Made by a program: the position numbers and the translations under genes. This document shows positions 28,169 to 41,695 of a stretch of DNA of 64,000 nucleotides, piece after piece. This DNA comes from Laetmonice hystrix (taxonomy: Eukaryota). Below the pieces are notes generated by a model. It worked only from the letters and a program-made list of their open reading frames with translations, made no database searches and had not been told where the DNA came from. Each line of letters begins with the position of its first letter. Position 1 is the first letter of the stretch. The DNA lies in the NCBI GenBank assembly GCA_965235115.1, contig OZ249436.1, forward strand, positions 29,450,001 through 29,514,000, in the 5' to 3' direction.

Positions 28169-30620
28169 TGTCAAAAAGCCGTTCGATCTCGCCAAGCCAT
28201 CATCCGGCATTCCATGCATGCATGCATGACGTCTCAGCGGTTACAACCAGGCAATCTTATGCAGCAGTAAACGGCCATATGAGTTATTGATTCCATGCAG
28301 CGGCTCGCACTGCCGACTCCAACAGCCGTGATGGACCACTCACGCCATGTAATATACATATAGGCGACGTGTATCGCCTATAAATCAGCACCGAGATGAG
28401 GGCCCGAACTGTATCAGGGGTGGCCCTCTCCAAGAAACCCCGCAAGTACCAGCGCCCACCTCACAACGTGATGAATTCCCGATTACTTTTGATTAACTTT
28501 ACACACATTTGCTCAGTGGTGCTTAATAATTTCATTTTGAAAATGTAATCAAGATACGCCGACTGAGCAGACACCCATGGGGTGCTGGGCGGACCATGTG
28601 GTCCGTCCTCGAGTCAGATGTGCCCCCTTTCTCATCAATCCTCCTTACTCATCTTTTCCGCTTGATTCCGACACCACTGCCTGCCTCGCTGACTCGGACT
28701 ACATCTGGCTGTTCTTCTCTACCATTTACCCCTAGCGTTCTGCTTCAAAATAACAAAAACAAAAAACGGCCCGTTCTACCCCGTAATATCTATCCGCCCT
28801 CCAACTGTACCACACAAGGCGACGTCCATAAGCCGTGACGTCAGACATCAAAATAAAATCTAATTTTATATTGGCGCGGAGCGGGTTATTAGGAGCCTTG
28901 GAATTGTCATGTGTGCACGTGCTACGTCGACCGTAAAACGCGCTGGGCCTCATGTCTCAATAACGGAAACCTCATTGCAACATCTCCATCGATGTGCTTA
29001 TTTGTCCGGTGACTTAGCAGGGAAATTACGCGGGCCCACTTGACATGATGCCAGCTGATGCTAACGTTATGTACCCTATCCCAGATGGCTGCTCCAGAAT
29101 AATCCAAAGAATATTTGTTGGGTGTAAAATGTCAGAAGTTATTTATAATTCCGGCGACATGAAGATGTAAGATGAAGGGACGGAACTGATTTGCCTCAAG
29201 GTATTGCAACCTGCAAGTTCTTGGCGGTCCGAGGCAAACGGCACTTTCCATATACTTCTTGGCTGAAAACCAAATATCCAATGTCCGAGGGTTGTCTGTC
29301 ATTACTATTGCTAATTATATTCCGAGAGTTATAAATATGCCTCGGTGTTACTTGGCTATCCTGAAGACAGGGTTTTTAGATGCAAGTTTTATTAGCAGGC
29401 ATACGTGTATATTATGTATACAAGACCAATAATTCTTAATTATATAAAGTAGACATAATGTAGGTATACATTGTAGCTTAAACTTTGTTTATTAACGCCC
29501 CATTTTAACCAAACATGTGCTCTGTACTCCACTGTAACGATAACCAAAGATTACTAATGTCACTACTTCATCCTCTCTGTCACCAGACACACATATACCC
29601 AGGTATACAGCAGGCAATCCCTGTTCAGGCGACCCCCAATATAGTACCAACCTTCAGCGTATAACCTGTCTATCGGCTCGAATGGCGGAGCAGCCATTGA
29701 GACGGCCAGAGATCGCCCGACCCCGCACAACAGTGAAAGATCCAGCGATGTCGGCACATTTCAACCTAGTCGTTCAGCTTTCCTGCATGCTGAAGCCAGG
29801 ACAGTCATTACATTTCAAAGTTGACCGCTAAACTGATTTACGACAGCCTTGAGGCGGAGCGCTCGTGCCTCGGCGGCTTGACATCATCTGGCCGACCCTC
29901 TCAAGGCACTTGGTGTTATAATTTGGCGTTATCAGCTAGACCTGGCTCTGTATTTAGGATCTGAGACACGATACATCACAAACATAGAGGAAGAACCCGT
30001 TTCATTTACTGCTGGAATAGTATACGTGTAAATGATTATTAAGACCTACATTGACTGTTATTAATTTAACATTAAATATTTTGTTCTGAATGAAAGGCTT
30101 TCACGTGCTTAGAGGAATTTATATAATTACATGTGTGTTGCCTTTAAGTCACGTGAAGCTGTTATAAATGTGACATATAGCAAAAAAATGAAAGCATATA
30201 TAATTAAAAATATTTTTGTACAAAGAGGCCTGAGGTGATGAAGTGATTTATGAAGTCCTCAAACAGAAGACGCCTATAGACGAAGTCATTATGTTTACTT
30301 ACATGCCTGGAGAGTATTGGAGCTCATATACTGACAGAAGACGGTGTCGATGGTGTCTGTAAACTTATTATCGCTACCTGTAACATGTCAGAGTGTCGGC
30401 ATATAACAGAGGCCGGGTGGTCTCCCATGACAATACCGCCGCCGTTTGTAGGGGGTTCTCTGGTCCGAGTTTGCCGTTTCCATGTGTGGATCGGTACTTA
30501 ACTTTAATTGATTGGATTGCACTAAATTAAGTTACTCGGCGTCATCTGTGAACGTAGAAATCCGATCAAATCAAGCGCTGTTCGCCGTCAGGCCTTGGCA
30601 GCGGGAGAAAAGTCACAGAT

Positions 30621-32435
30621 CTGAGTAACCATTGTCAACGTGGTCACTCTACTGACGGGTCTGAGTAACCATTTTCAACGTGGACAGCAGCAGAGTGACG
30701 GGCCTGAGTAACCATTGTCAACGTGAATAGCAGCAGAAGGACGGGCCTGAGTAGCCATTGTCAACGTGAACAGCAGCAGAGTGACGGGCCTGAGTAACCA
30801 TTGTCAACGTTAACAGCAGCAGAGTGACGGGCCTGAGTAACCATTGTCAACGTGAACAGCAGCAGAGTGACGGGCCTGAGTAACCATTGTCAACGTGAAC
30901 AGCAGTAGAGTGATTGATCTGAGTAACCATTGTCAACGTGGACAGCAGCAGAGTGACGGGCCTGAGTAACCATTGTCAAGGTGAACAGCAGCAGAGTGAC
31001 TGATCTGAGTAACCATTGTCACCGTGAACAGCAGCAGAGTAACGGGCCTGAGTAACCATTGTCAACGTGAACAGCAGCAGAGTGACGGGTCTGGGTAACC
31101 ATTGTCAACGTGAACAGCAGCAGAGTGACGGGCCTGAGTAACCATTGTCAACGTGAACAGCAGCAGAGTGACGGGCCTGAGTAACCATTGTCAACGTGAA
31201 CAGCAGCAGAGTGACGGGCCTGAGTAACCATTGTCAACGTTAACAGCAGCAGAGTGACGGGCCTGAGTAACCATTGTCAACGTGAACAGCAGCAGAGTGA
31301 CGGGCCTGAGTAACCATTGTCAACGTGAACAGCAGTAGAGTGATTGATCTGAGTAACCATTGTCAACGTGAACAGCAGCAGAGTGACGGGCCTGAGTAAC
31401 CATTGTCAACGTGAACAGCAGCAGAGTGACTGATCTGAGTAACCATTGTCAACGTGAACAGCAGCAGAGTGACGGGTCTGAGTAACCATTGTCAACGTGA
31501 ACAGCAGCAGAGTGATAGGTCTGAGTAACCATTGTCAACGTGAACAGCAGCAGAGTGACTGATCTGAGTAACCATTGTCAACGTGAACAGCAGCAGAGTG
31601 ACGGGTCTGGGTAACCATTGTCAACGTGAACAGCAGCAGAGTGACGGGCCTGAGTAACCATTGTCAACGTGAACAGCAGCAGAGTGACGGGCCTGAGTAA
31701 CCATTGTCAACGTGAACAGCAGCAGAGTGACGGGCCTGAGTAACCATTGTCAACGTGAACAGCAGCAGAGTGACGGGCCTGAGTAACCATTGTCAACGTG
31801 AACAGCAGCAGAGTGACGGGCCTGAGTAACCATTGTCAACGTGAACAGCAACAGAGTGACGGGCCTGAGTAACTATTGTCAACGTGAACAGCAGCAGAGT
31901 GACGGGCCTGAGTAACCATTGTCAACGTGAACAGCAGCAGAGTGACTGATCGGAGTAACCGTTGTCAACGTGAACAGCAGTAGAATGACTGATCTGAGTA
32001 ACCATTTTCAACGTGAACAGCAGCAGAATGTCGGGCCTGAGTAACCATTGTCAACGTGAACAGCAGCAGAGTAACGGGCCTGAGTAACCATTGTCAACGT
32101 GAACAGCAGCAGAGTAACGGGCCTGAGTAACCATTGTCAACGTGAACAGCAGCAGAGTGACGGACCTGAGTAACCATTGTCAACGTGAACAGCAGCAGAG
32201 TGACAGGCCTGAGTAACCATTGTCAACGTGAACAGCAGTAGAGTGATTGATCTGAGTAACCATTGTCAACGTGGACAGCAGCAGAGTGACGGGCCTGAGT
32301 AACCATTGTCAACGTGAACAGGAGCAGAGTGACGGGTCTGAATAACCATTGTCAACGTGAACAGCAGCAGAGTGACGGGTCTGAGTAACCATTGTCAACG
32401 TGAACAGCAGCAGAGTAACGGGCCTGAGTAACCAT
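30621..32435. repeat. Minisatellite, 43-bp unit, about 42 copies
   Basis: Unit ctgagtaaccattgtcaacgtgaacagcagcagagtgacgggc. Confidence 0.98.
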
Positions 32436-35400
32436 GTTGCGCATGTTGAATGTTGAGCGTTACTGAAATGTTGTCAGCCTGAGTGTTATGTACATCATAC
32501 AATCTTACCTGGTCTCTATTATTACGGTGCATTACATAATTTTAGGATATTCCATTTGGATCCAAAAACCATAATCTGTTATTTATGTTTCACGAGGACA
32601 CTATACGTATACAATTCCCTTCATCGCCGCGTGCTCCGCTAGAAGAACCTCCTATATTATTTACCTCATAATTTTAGATCTTTTTAAATTTTCTTTATCT
32701 CGGAACTGGCACCAGAATCAGCCACATGGACGTTATCTTTCTAACCACGGCTGTATTCTTTAAGAGGATGATTTTTCCCCCCAGAAGATGACATATTCTA
32801 CATCACATAAGTCTCTTGATGCAATGGTTTTTAGTCTTCAGGAAGAGGCAAACGATAACCGCAGCCTTTAATGTGTTTGTTTAACACATTAGAGAAGGTA
32901 TTTGTATGCCTTTACAGTTCTAAAAAAAGGAATCATTTTGTTACATCAGCGGACTGCTTACTTAAATAAAAGATGCTTAAAACTGGAGAATTAAACAAGC
33001 CTGCCCATTTCTGGTCGCAAACTGAAATTAATCACAACAAAAAGGTCCCGGTGCGCCTCCATATTTGCATACTAAGCTCAGTGGGACCCAAAGACTCCAT
33101 CGTTGGCATACACCTCATTTAACTCGGAAATTAACGTTAATGTAATTTCGACTTGCACACATCAAAAGCAGACATTGGAAATTAAATTAAATTACGGGTC
33201 GAAAATAATAAATCTCGAGTTGTACCGTCCCCTCCGGGGCCCTTATCCCTGGTGAAGCTCACAAGAGGGTTCTCCTCGACTGAGCCGTCATCATTACCGC
33301 TACCGCTGGAGTAGAAACATGGTGGCAGCATTCTGGCTTCGCTCCGAGATACCAAACTCGCCGGCGGCACCAACAGGCCTTAGCCACACCGAATTTCCTC
33401 GGAAATTTGCTTAAAATATGGGGACGCACGCAGCATGGTTTGCCCCACAAGGGTAAGATTTGGTCTCCTACAAATTATCGGTCAATTGTGTGTGGTGATT
33501 GCTGGGTTATCAAAGGTCCTGAAGGTCAAGCAAAATAGTGAAAGTAGGCAGTGTCTTATGAGAACCGTCACCACACATTATAGGACTATCATTAGGAATG
33601 ACATAATTAACAGATAATATACATAATTCTGGATAGGCTCCTATCCATTCTAATATGTATGATCCATCGCCTACTTGGACGGTTAGGTATGGTCTTTCTT
33701 TTCATTAATTAAAATCAAGAAAAACGTGTAACTGAAATTTAATTATGTTTCAACTGTACCGAGATTTAATCACAGAGATTTGAAAGAGCACACGTCACAA
33801 GACAGTCGTATTTCATTGGTGGTGGTTCTGGCTTTAAGAGGACACTTTGTCAATAGGACCGACTTCATTAAGCCGCGCAAGATTCATCATTGGTAAAAGT
33901 CCATAGTTATTTTCTCTTGTTCCCTGAGGAACAAGTATTGTGTGTGTGCGGAGGCGGGGGCGTGCACATTCCCATATTTGCTGTGAAAGATTAAAAAAAA
34001 AAGTTTAACTGCCATTCATTACCGAGTTCACAAATAGCCATGTAACATTGCGAACAACATTCCAGCCCTTCCTTGTCGCGCCTTCAGACCTTGACCACAG
34101 GACCACGCATCTCTCGGTAGTCGGAGCTGAGAATGTTTTCTCCGGGATACTCCGGCCTCGATGGCTGTGGCGAAACGCATCTACTTCTACTTCGGGGTGC
34201 TAGTTTACCATGCCTCTTATATAGGCCTACCTGTATGTGCAGGTGAGCACCGCAATCTCTTCATGGGAAAGTCTATAATCTGGACTCACATTGTTATAGA
34301 CACTCTCCGGCAGCGTGTGTATGGCTCGCCCGTCATTGATTCGGTCGACTGATCGGCCTGGATGTCGTGGACTTCAACCGACACAATTCCAGCCATTGGT
34401 TTTTTTTTATAACGTATTCATTGGGGACCCGCTTCAAAAGAAAGGGAAATCTATCCTTAGTGGGCAATAAGTGGGTCATCTACAGACTGGCTTATTCAAT
34501 CAAAAGAATGTCACGAATAAAAAAGATTAAATTTTTATATAAACACATTCATAATTTCAAGAAACATGACAATAGCACTACATCTAATATTCGCCTAATA
34601 AATTCACACATTTGCGTTTAAAGGGAGAATATCACAGCTATGTTTGTTTTAAATGGATATTTATTAAGACAGATACATTCATTACTCATCCTTGCTAAAT
34701 CTCTTCCTTAAATAATTTTCCGAGCTGTGCTGGCGCGACAGATGTCGTGTACTTTGACAATAGCCGGCAGGGAGCCTGCCTAGAGTAACACTGTCACTAA
34801 GCCAACCACGCCACGGCCTTTCATACCCGCCACGTGGATCATGTGTCTACGTCGCTGTTCTAATTTGTGTCCGCGTGGTGCTTAATTCTTTGATTTCATT
34901 AGCCGGCAACGAGCCCAGCTGATCTCATTAAAGAACGCGCGTAATTGAACTTATAACTAAACAAAATCAATTATCGTTTATTAATAAAACAAATCACCGA
35001 ACGAGGCAAAAACGGCGCGCCATAGACGTATAAAACGTAATAAGTATTACAGTCGATTAAAGCACAGTTTGCCGACTTGGCAGGCATCGACTTGAAGAGT
35101 TTGCTCGACCGATCGCCAGCGACACGGCACATTAAATACCGGAGCGATGCCTCAATCGGCAGCGTATTACTGGCTGCAAGTCTCGGGCGGCGAGAAATGA
35201 CGAGGGTATTAAGATTATTAGGCCCAGCGGCCTTGCTCATCAAACGTGTTACCGCGTTATAAGCATCGATAATCAAAGCAGTTTGTAATCGGGATTTGAA
35301 ATGGATTTCTGAAAACTATACACGCTTACTAAATCACGTCGTGTGTTTTCTTTCCTTGTGAATTTACTAACAACATTTCTGAGATACTGATCAATTCAGC

Positions 35401-37490
35401 ACTTTGTGAAGACTTCGTTTATATATGAGACAGTATTTTAACAGCTCTAACTCTTGTTCATATCCCTATGTGAAATTTCTTTATCATCATTCTTATATTA
35501 TCCTAAGTGTTGATACATCTACATATATGCGTTATATTGTATTATACTATTGTTATCACCATCTATATATGATCATAATCAGTATTTTCATTATATGAGT
35601 AGGCCTATCATAATATTATATAGATATGAAGTGGGCTCTTGTATGATGTGTCGGTGATAAATATACGGCTATACTAATATAAAATGAAACCATAGTTGTT
35701 ATTATTTTTAACATTTTAAAGTTGAATAACGCATTGTTCACAGACAAAACCTGATAAAAAAATGTGTGCTTTGAAATTCAGGCTTCAGGACAACATATCA
35801 GGTATGGCGTTTCCTATCACTGGGTCCAAGTTCACCAAGACGTTTCTTACCCATCACAGCTAATTGAGATGTAGCAGTGAGTTAGAATATTGTGGATCGC
35901 ACCTGTAGTGTATGCACTGGTCGAGGTACTTGAGACAATCATTGTCATGCAGGCCCACCCATATAGTCATTAAACAATTCTTTATCGGCACCAAAATCAA
36001 AGAGTCCGGTCGAGAAACCCTGACATTATGTCGCCATGATTGAATTTGGCGCGAGCAATGATTACAACGTTCTTGGAAGAAATCATTTTCCCCTGTCAAC
36101 GAGTGACTGACAGCAAAGTATAATTCCGCCCCCTCCTCTGTTGTGCATCAGAGCCTTTCCACGCCTTGCGCTCTTCGCCTTAATTTTCCTCCCTAGAACA
36201 TATATACGGCCAACCAAGGGGAATACAGCAGTGACATAACAACGATAATTGGCTAGGATTAAAGCGACATCAAAAAGCCCAGACAAAGTGTGCATGAACC
36301 TCATCGCTCAACAGTGTATGACTCTGTAAGTTGTGCCTGCGCGAGCCGTATACGGGATATAGTCCCTGGAAATCGACGACAGATTGGAACCGACAGTGCT
36401 TAGCCAATCGAACGCGTCCGTTGCGGTGTAATGGGTAACTGCGATTGCCGGCCTGTGATGTCGCGCTGCCTGGCGGGCGCTGAGCCGCTGAGGCCGCGTC
36501 GTTTCACGGCAGACGACAATAGGGCAGGCCGCTCAGTCATTATGTGCCCGCCTCATTGAATATTACAATAGCGGTGAGTAGCATACATATGGTGTGTCGG
36601 CAAAACAATACGGTGGCGACCACCATCTGGACGGCGTCGAGTGAGGAGCGTTTGGTAATTACCGTGCACTCGTGTTGTGTGAGGAGGGAGTGGGGGGTTA
36701 GCTGAGGCTGCTGCTGCTGCTGCCGTAGCAGGTAAAGGGGGTGGCGACTATTTGTAACCTGGAAACGTCAGCTATAAAGGCACATCAACAGGGGCGGGGC
36801 AGTTCACACTCTGGCCCAGTCCCGCAGAGTACAGAAGGAGCAGAGCGTGCGCACCGTGTCGAGTTGTACACGCCTGGACGTTACATTTAACGGCCCTAAA
36901 AATCCATACTAAGGTGATAAGGCCGTCAAGGGGCCTTTTAGCTTTTCTGACTTTTCTGACTTTCTGACTAGGCCTACTATACGAAAACAAAAAACTATAC
37001 GTGAATGGAAGCGGCCCGAGTGAGGTGATCGCTGTATAAGGTTGGAGATTCTTGGATGACATGGGACATCATCTACATCAGTTATACACCAGAGAATTGC
37101 CACCTGAGAGTGAGTGACTTACAAACGAGCGCTGTGTTGTGTATATCTCTCCACGGCTCCCATTGGATGAGGAAGTGACTGGGACCATTGTCGAGCCGTG
37201 GGGAGAGCCAGCCAGCCAGCCAGCCAGCCGGGCACACACCACGTGTCGACGATAACGGAGAGACTGAGATATTTATAGGGTGGAGATCCACAGCCGACTT
37301 CCGCATTATTTACGGACCTCCTGGCTATACAGGAATCCGCCGTCATCATTGATAGAATTACAGGTAAGCATTTTACTTTTATCTTTTCTGACAATCTCAA
37401 TCAGCAGAATATGGTGACATTTATAGTCACACACTCACTGCACGACCAAACATATTGCGACCTTATCCCCACAGAAGTTCCTGCAAACAA

Positions 37491-37505
37491 GAGAGAGAGA
37501 GAGAG

Positions 37506-37572
<67 letters not shown>
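37491..37572. repeat. (GA)n microsatellite
   Basis: Direct reading. Confidence 0.97.
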
Positions 37573-37575
<3 letters not shown>

Positions 37576-39550
37576 TCGCACCCTTAACCGTATCGTCCCA
37601 ATCTAAAATCTGTCGGTACATTACAAATAGATAAAACTATACAAAACTAAAATTGCAATAAAAGATCAAATTGACTTCACGACATGAAAATACTTCAGCC
37701 ATGTTGCATGCTGCTGATGGCCAACATAACTTGCATTTCAAGATTTCGGAAATTATATTTTTCATTTATTTTTAAACTTCAGAGCTCTGTTAAATCCCGT
37801 AAACGCTTAGATTGTTAATTATGACTGGAAATGTCACAGTATTATAATACTATATACATACAAACACCTCCCCCCCACACACTCACACATCCGTTTCTTA
37901 TATTTTGACACATTGATCGTTCCGTAATTATAAAGGTGTAAGAGTCACTAAGGTCTGTGTGGCTTAATGGGTTTATGATATCATTAATAATCTGTTAAGT
38001 ATATTACCCATGATCAAACTGATTAGGATGATTGATGCAATAGATGCACGCCGTCTTGGGGCCATCCTACTGTTATGATACGGACAATGATAAGGCCCAA
38101 AATAAAACAAGATCAAGATAAAAGATAAAAATAACGGGGACAAATATATAGGACCATGCGGTATCCTGAATTATATGACCTGTAGTATGGGTGTGTAGTT
38201 ACAGTTTCAATGAAGTGTGATTTAGCTTGATTTAACATTATAGAAATCACTGGTAAAGATATTTAAAAGTGCAGTTAACACAGATGTAGGTGTTTAATGT
38301 TTGTATTTCTGAATTTTTCGAATTCTTTTCACACTGACTATACACTTAAGTAACAAAATTAAGATCGCTAACATTAGAATTTAACAGATTACAGTACAAT
38401 GCCTAAATGGTGCTACCGATCCAGAATTCATATAAATGTCTAAAATGATATATTGCTGAACACTTCCTCTCCGGAGTCCATATCTGCATTATGGTATTAT
38501 GGCATCTTTATCCTAACATTGACACGAAATCTGGGGCCTTGCCCTCTCTTTATTAAGTGTTTTAACGACTACAAATACACGCGGACACAGTCTCAATATC
38601 GGCTGCGTGTGTGCGTGCAGTGAACGCGAGGCCTGCACGTGTCACTTTCAAAGTACAAGGTGTCGGCGACATCAAAGAAAACACCGCATACAAAATGGTG
38701 ACATTGGAAGCCGTGGGAACCAGGGGCCCCAAAGGGGGGTGGTAGAAGCTGTAGGGGTCTACATCTGCCCTGGTGAATTCATGTGAGTACTGCGGCCGAT
38801 CACGAAGCAATTTGAATGAAATACTCGATTATTCGGTCACCCATAGCGAGTCCATCTGTTTGTAATGTGGGACCTCGGAGTGAAATCTCATAAAGTTAAG
38901 TAGTATTCATGCATGCATGTATATTGTCGTGTCGCAAGGAGATGGCCTGCCGTATAAAATGAGCGGTTCGTTTTTGGTGTGAAATTTGTCATTATTGTAT
39001 ATTTCATAGATCAGCAGTATTGAATACCGCGCGAGATACTTGATAAATTTCTAACACAAAGGCCAGGCAGCGTAAAATAAAATACGTATTTACTATACGT
39101 AAATAATACGTAAATAATACCGACGTGAGCGTTATCACTAAATTAGTTTAATTTCCAACAAAGGTAAATTAAATAGCTCTTCGCACATCAACAAGGTCAA
39201 ATGAAAATACAACGTATATATCAGTCTATTATGTCCTGGGACGTTTTAGAATCAATGAAGTCTGTCAGTCCCTTGTCGGTCTGTCCTGAACCCAAACCGA
39301 ATCGTACACCGACCACACTTTAGTGAACACTAACTCTTTCACCGAGAACGCAGAGTACGAACACATAGCCTAATATCTGTAACTGTCTTCTGATGCCTTG
39401 AGTGGGCGCAAGTTTGTTTACCCATCAAATAGGTTGATCGCGGGAGAGAATCGGGCAAACTATATACTGTAAAACGTTAAAATACAATAAATAGCTATAG
39501 GTATCAAAGTCGAAATTTGTGGAAATCAGTGGAAAGCGGCATGATATTGT

Positions 39551-40361
39551 GAGAAAGGTGCAAGAGTATAGCTGCACTCTTTGAGATCGAGGGGAGAAAT
39601 GCCAACTAGAGAACGGTGCATGAGTATGGCTGTACTCTTGGAGATTGAGGGGAGAAATGCCTACCAGAGAACGGTGTAGGAGTATAGCTGTACTCTTGGA
39701 AATGGTGGGGAGAAATGCCTACTAGAGAACGGTGCAGGAGTATAGCTGTACTCTTGGAGATTGAGGGGAGAAATGCCTAACAGAGAACGGTGCAGGAGTA
39801 TAGCTGTACTCTTGGAGATGGTGGGGAGAAATGCCTACCAGAGAACGGTGCAGGAGTATAGCGGCACTCTTGGAGATGGTGGGGAGAAATGCCTACCAGA
39901 GAACGGTGCAGGAGTATAGCTGTACTCTTGGAGATTGAGGGGAGAAATGCCTAACAGAGAACGGTGCAGGAGTATAGCTGTACTCTTGGAGATGGTGGGG
40001 AGAAATGCCTACCAGAGAACGGTGCAGGAGTATAGCTGTACTCTTGGAGATTGAGGGGAGAAATTCCTACCAGAGAACGGTGCAGGAGTAGAGCTGCACT
40101 CCTGGAGATGGTGGGGAGAAATGCCTACCAGAGAACGGTGCAGGAGTAGAGCTGCACTCTTGGAGATTGAGGGGAGAAATGTCTACCAGAGAACGGTGCA
40201 GGAGTATAGCTGCACTCTTGGAGATGGTGGGCAGAAATGCCTACCAGAGAACGGTGCAGGAGTATAGCTACACTCTTGGAGACGGTGGGGAGAAATGGCT
40301 ACCAGAGAACGGTGCAGGAGTAGAGCTGCACTCCTGGAGATGGGGGAGAAAAATGCCTACC
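39551..40361. repeat. Minisatellite, 58-bp unit, about 14 copies
   Basis: Unit agagaacggtgcaggagtatagctgtactcttggagatggtggggagaaatgcctacc. Confidence 0.97.
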
Positions 40362-41647
40362 ATTCACCTTAAAGTGGGGAAGCGCTCCACCTGATCCCGT
40401 AGAGATACAGTAACCCGACAAGTTAATGCGCTCCATACCATCCGGGAAATGGATTAGTGCTCTCATCCTCCTACACCCCTCCCCCACCCCAGGAAGACCC
40501 ATCCCAAAACGACACCCCTGGTTTCCCCTTGCCAACCACCCGCCCCCTCCCAAACAGTGTAAAATTGATTAACTCGGCGTATTACTCGCGATCAACGTTA
40601 ATGAAAGGGGCACGAGAGCTTCCTGGGGACAATTGATATAATTGTGGCAACAAGTATTCAGGTCGGCAAAATCTGATACGGCCTTTGCCCCCGGGGATAT
40701 GGTGTCTGAAGTACTCCATCTAACGGGCCGCAACGCCGGCTGTCCACCGTCGCTAACAGTGGCTAACCACCCCCTGGTCATTATCCATGAAATATAAAAC
40801 TTTGGCACAGGTGTCCACAACCGGACCCAAATTACATTTTAAAATTATATGAAAATCGTTCCCTTGTCTCATCAGCCAATGGTCCGTTTCACGTTTTAAT
40901 AAAGGAAATGATGAAAAGTATCATAAATGGCGCCTCTCGGAATTGAAGTGTACACTTACCGAACAAATAACTCACGTTTTAATTAGTAAATCGACAATTA
41001 GGTTAAAAGTGGTCGCATGTAACTAACCCGATGTTTCATACGTGACTTCCTTGGAAAATTAGACTTTGCAATAATAAAATCGCATTCTAGTATCAAAAAT
41101 ACATTAAATGGAACCGAAACATTTAGCAGCCGGTGTATTCAGTTACCTATTATGATACATTTAATGGCATCATTTGGGGAAAAACTGTTGATCTTTCCAA
41201 TATCTAAATGCACCGGGATTGTCAAATTACAGGTTTAACTGTATCCGATTAAAGTAGTTCTGTAACATTTTGTGAAGGATTGCCGGAGATGATTTAACTA
41301 GGCCTAAACTGGGAAGCCTACTGTGTAAGGGGGGCTACAACCCCTGCACCAACTTTAACACACAATGCACCTTCAAACCTAATGCGTGGGGTCTATACGT
41401 ATTTGTTTCAATGTGATTTTGCAACTTCCGATTCAGCTTTGACTTTTGCGTCGTTTTCTTTTATTAAGCGAACTCGGTCTTGTGCCGTGGTCGACCGCTG
41501 TATAACAGTGATCAATGCTAGAAACGCTGAGAGGTCGACACGAGCAAATTGACTGCCTGCCGACCGGAGCCTGCGATAACGTGTCACACGTGTCAGCGAA
41601 CAGATGGCAAATGGTGCCGGTTGTTCACGTTTCATTGGCGCCCCCCT

Positions 41648-41678
41648 CACCACCACCACCACCACCACCACCACCACC
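41648..41678. repeat. (CAC)n microsatellite immediately upstream of the candidate TATA box
   Basis: About 10 CAC units. Confidence 0.93.
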
Positions 41679-41685
41679 CCGCCAC

Positions 41686-41695
41686 TATATAAAAG
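41686..41695 (+). promoter_or_regulatory. Candidate TATA box of the SKOR promoter
   Basis: TATATAAAAG in GC-rich context with an inverted CCAAT (ATTGG) about 50 bp upstream. A GTAAGG donor follows at 41767. Confidence 0.45.

Noticed and set aside
20068-32435. Regularly spaced repeats resembling CRISPR arrays
   Set aside because: Units are contiguous with no unique spacers, the context is eukaryotic, and there are no cas genes.
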